Of a stretch of 64,000 nucleotides of DNA, positions 61,074 to 64,000 are shown piece by piece. The translations under genes were made by a program, and so were the position numbers. The stretch lies in the NCBI GenBank assembly GCA_026770705.1, contig JANJGN010000121.1:620001-684000 (forward strand), read 5' to 3'. Numbering within the stretch: the stretch's first letter is position 1; each line of letters opens with the position of its first letter. Source of the stretch: Isurus oxyrinchus. Its lineage: Eukaryota. The notes beneath the pieces were generated by a model that was given only the letters and a program-made list of their open reading frames with translations, had not been told where the DNA came from and ran no database searches.

Positions 61074-64000
61074 CTGTGGAGAGAAATATCAATACTTAAT
61101 TCTGGATGTTTTATCGATCCATTAGACTTGATATCCACCCCCTCCATCACTGGGGCACAGTGCTGCAGTGTGGACCATCTACAGGACACACAAGGAACTC
61201 CCCAAGGTTTCACAATGGATGGAAGAGAATCCTGGATGCAGGAGTGGACAAGTTCATTCTACATTGGCTCATGGTCCTCAGGACACTGTTTAGCTTTTTT
61301 TCAAATTATTCATTCATGGGATTTATTGCCCATCCCATGTCCATCAGAGGTATTTAAGAGTCAACCACATTGCTGTGGGTTTGGAGTGACATGTAGGCCA
61401 GACTGGGTAAGGCTGGCAGATTTCCTTCCCTACAGGTGATCAGTGAACCAGGCTTTTTAATCCCATTCATCTGCTGTGATAGGATTCACACCCAGGGCCC
61501 CAGAGCATCACCCGGGGCCTCTGGAATACTAGCCCAGTGACAATACCTCTCTGCTACCGCTTCCCCTTTGTGAAGCCAGTCTTCCACCCAACACAGTGTC
61601 TACAAGACACACCAATTGAGATCCATTCAGTGCTGATTTACAAGACAGGACAATGGATTAGGAGCCCTCAGAACTCCCCCCATTATCACCGTCATGAATC
61701 ACTAATTAGCCTAACATTCCTGTCTGCTCTTCAACACAGCTGATTGGCTAATCTGATTCAATCTGATTGGTGTTCATTCCCTCTTCAATGTTTAAGGAAT
61801 CACCAATCACTCGGCCTCTAGTTATTCTCCTGCCCACAAGAGTGAACATTCTCTGTCTACCCAGTCAATCAAAGCCTTTCATCTAATCCTAGAGGTGCTT
61901 GAGTATATTGTCGGGAATCCAGGGCAATGGAGCCTCAGGAGAATAGATGGAAACCCTGTGAGGTGGAACGTCACTGAGGCCATCCGAGTTGAAGCGACTT
62001 TTGGAGAGAATTCCAAGGCAAGATCTTCGAAGTTGAAGACTGGAATCCCTCATGACAGAAATAGAGTTTCAGTGAGATTGGTTGACTGACAGTGTTCACT
62101 GATGTCCGGGTGGGTTGTTGTGAAATCCATGGGCTCTATCTTGGTCACGTTTACAATTTAATGAGTAGTGTGGCTGTGAGACCACAGTTTGCCTGTTAAT
62201 TCACATGAGCTCATATTAATCCAGAGTGTTAGAGTATAAGGTGGATATTGTGAATTATTTTATCTTTCTGAGTTGGTGCAGTAAAGTTTATTTTTGTTTG
62301 TTTAAAAGCCATGGAATCTTGTAGCTTTATTCTCTTCACAAGCATCTTAAATCTCAAACCTCGTCTACTTGAAACAAAATATTATTGGTTCCTAACTATA
62401 AATTATCAAAAAAAATTGGGTGTCTGTTCCTCCATCAGCAACTCTTCAGAATCCTGCTGAAGTCACGGATATTTCAGAAGGACAGGGAACAAGAGGTTTC
62501 TGGTATCAGCGTTTCATGTGGGGCCCAGTTCAGTTTGAACAAATAAACAACACCATCTTTGAAAGTCATGAACCCACCACAGGGGCACCTCCGACACATG
62601 CAGAGCTCAGGCGAGAGGCGCTTTGTTAGTGTGTTTCACAGTGTCTGCTGGAGTAGGGTCAGTGCTGAGAGGGTCTGCTCAAGGATCATAACAACCTGCA
62701 CTTGCACCTTCCAAGTAATAAGATTTTGTAAATGTATTCATTCATGGGATGTGGGCGTCGCTGCCAAGGCCAGCATTTGCTGCCCATCTCTAATGTCCCG
62801 TGACATAATCTCTGTAGCAGAGTAGAGACAATCATGATCACTCAGGATATTTGACATCTATCCACATGAGCAGCTTTACCTTCCTTCTCTCTTTCAGTTA
62901 TCTTACTCCCTTATTGAAGTTTCTAGCATGGTGAGAACTGGATGGTTTGCTCGGACATTTCAGAGGAACCACGTTGCTATGAGTCTGGAGTCACATGGAG
63001 GCCAGACCAGATATAGACGGCAGATTTCCTTCCCTAAAGGCCATTAGTGAACCAGATGGGTGTGTATGACAATCGATGATAGTTTCATGGTCTCCATTAC
63101 TGAGACTAACTCCCATTAGTGTAAACAGAGTGAACAGTTTTCCATTGATCCCACCTTTCCCGTTCTCTCCGGTATTTTACACACTATTGCTCGATAATTT
63201 GATTCTGCCAAGGACCCCTTGGAAAATCATGGACCCCAGTTAGACAACCAATGGAATAAGGAATCTCTTTGGATTCTCATTGTCTAAGGAATCTCTTCGG
63301 ATCCTCATTGTCTGAAGAATCTCTTTGTATCCTCATTGTTTAAGGGATTATTTCTGATCCAAACCCCATATTGTTGTATTGTTGATTCCGATGCAGCATT
63401 GTAGACTGACTTGTCCCCAAGCTCAGCACTGACCCTACTCCAGCAGACACTGTGAAACACACTAACAAAGTGCCTCTAGCCTGAGCTCTGCATGTGTCGG
63501 AGGTGCCGCTGTGTTGGTTTCATGACTTTCAAAGATGCTGTTGTCATTTTTTTTGTTCAAACTGAACTGGGCCCCACATGAAGCGCTGATACCAGAAACC
63601 TCATGTTCCCTGTCCTTCTGAAATATCTATGATTCAGCAGGATTCTGAAGATTTGTTGATAAGGATCTAAAATTGTCTGATTGTCGAATGATACAACACA
63701 GGAGGAGCTCATGTGACCCATCGTGCATGTGCTGGCTCTTTCCCAATTCCTCTCCAGCACCTTTCACACAGCCCTGCAAATTTCCCTTCAAGTATTTATC
63801 CAGTTCCCCTTCTGAAAGTTCCTGTTGAATCTGCTTCCACCGCCCTTTCAGGCAGTGAGTCAATGGTCTCTCTCTGAGCTGCAAAGTGCTCAGATTCTGT
63901 GAAATTTAAACTATGCAGCAGATCAGAGACAATCATGATAACTCAGAATATTTGACACCTTTACACACAGACAGTTTTGCCTTTGTTCTCTCTTTCAGTT

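Overview
Repeat-rich vertebrate DNA, most likely from a shark (inferred from the DeuSINE/SacSINE1-like SINEs, CR1 and L2 LINEs and their derived minisatellites). The window holds a cluster of Siglec-like (CD33/CD22/MAG family) Ig receptor genes, which I reconstructed by reading splice sites. Gene A (+, 3' part only, 1627-7222) has three tandem C2-set Ig exons, an uncharged TM exon and a tail with an ITIM-like motif (LFYANI) and an ITSM-like motif (TEYAQI), i.e. an inhibitory design. Gene D (+, 15093-16261) is a leader plus a MAG/sialoadhesin-like V exon broken off by a Gypsy remnant (pseudogene). Gene B (-, 46754-34617) is leader-V(no Arg)-V(Arg)-C2-(dead half C2)-TM with an intramembrane Arg and a ~13-aa tail without tyrosine, i.e. 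an activating design. Gene C (-, from beyond 64000 to 51519) is a ~17-kb-offset duplicate of B with V-C2-Vpsi-C2-(dead half C2)-TM, in which the TM Arg has become Gln. The main finding is an apparent paired inhibitory/activating/decoy Siglec-like receptor system, with shared sequence between the receptor types and hypervariable ligand-binding loops. Most ORFs in the supplied track are minisatellite or transposon artefacts. There are four N-gaps in the first 12.5 kb. Repeat boundaries are approximate; no database searches were run.
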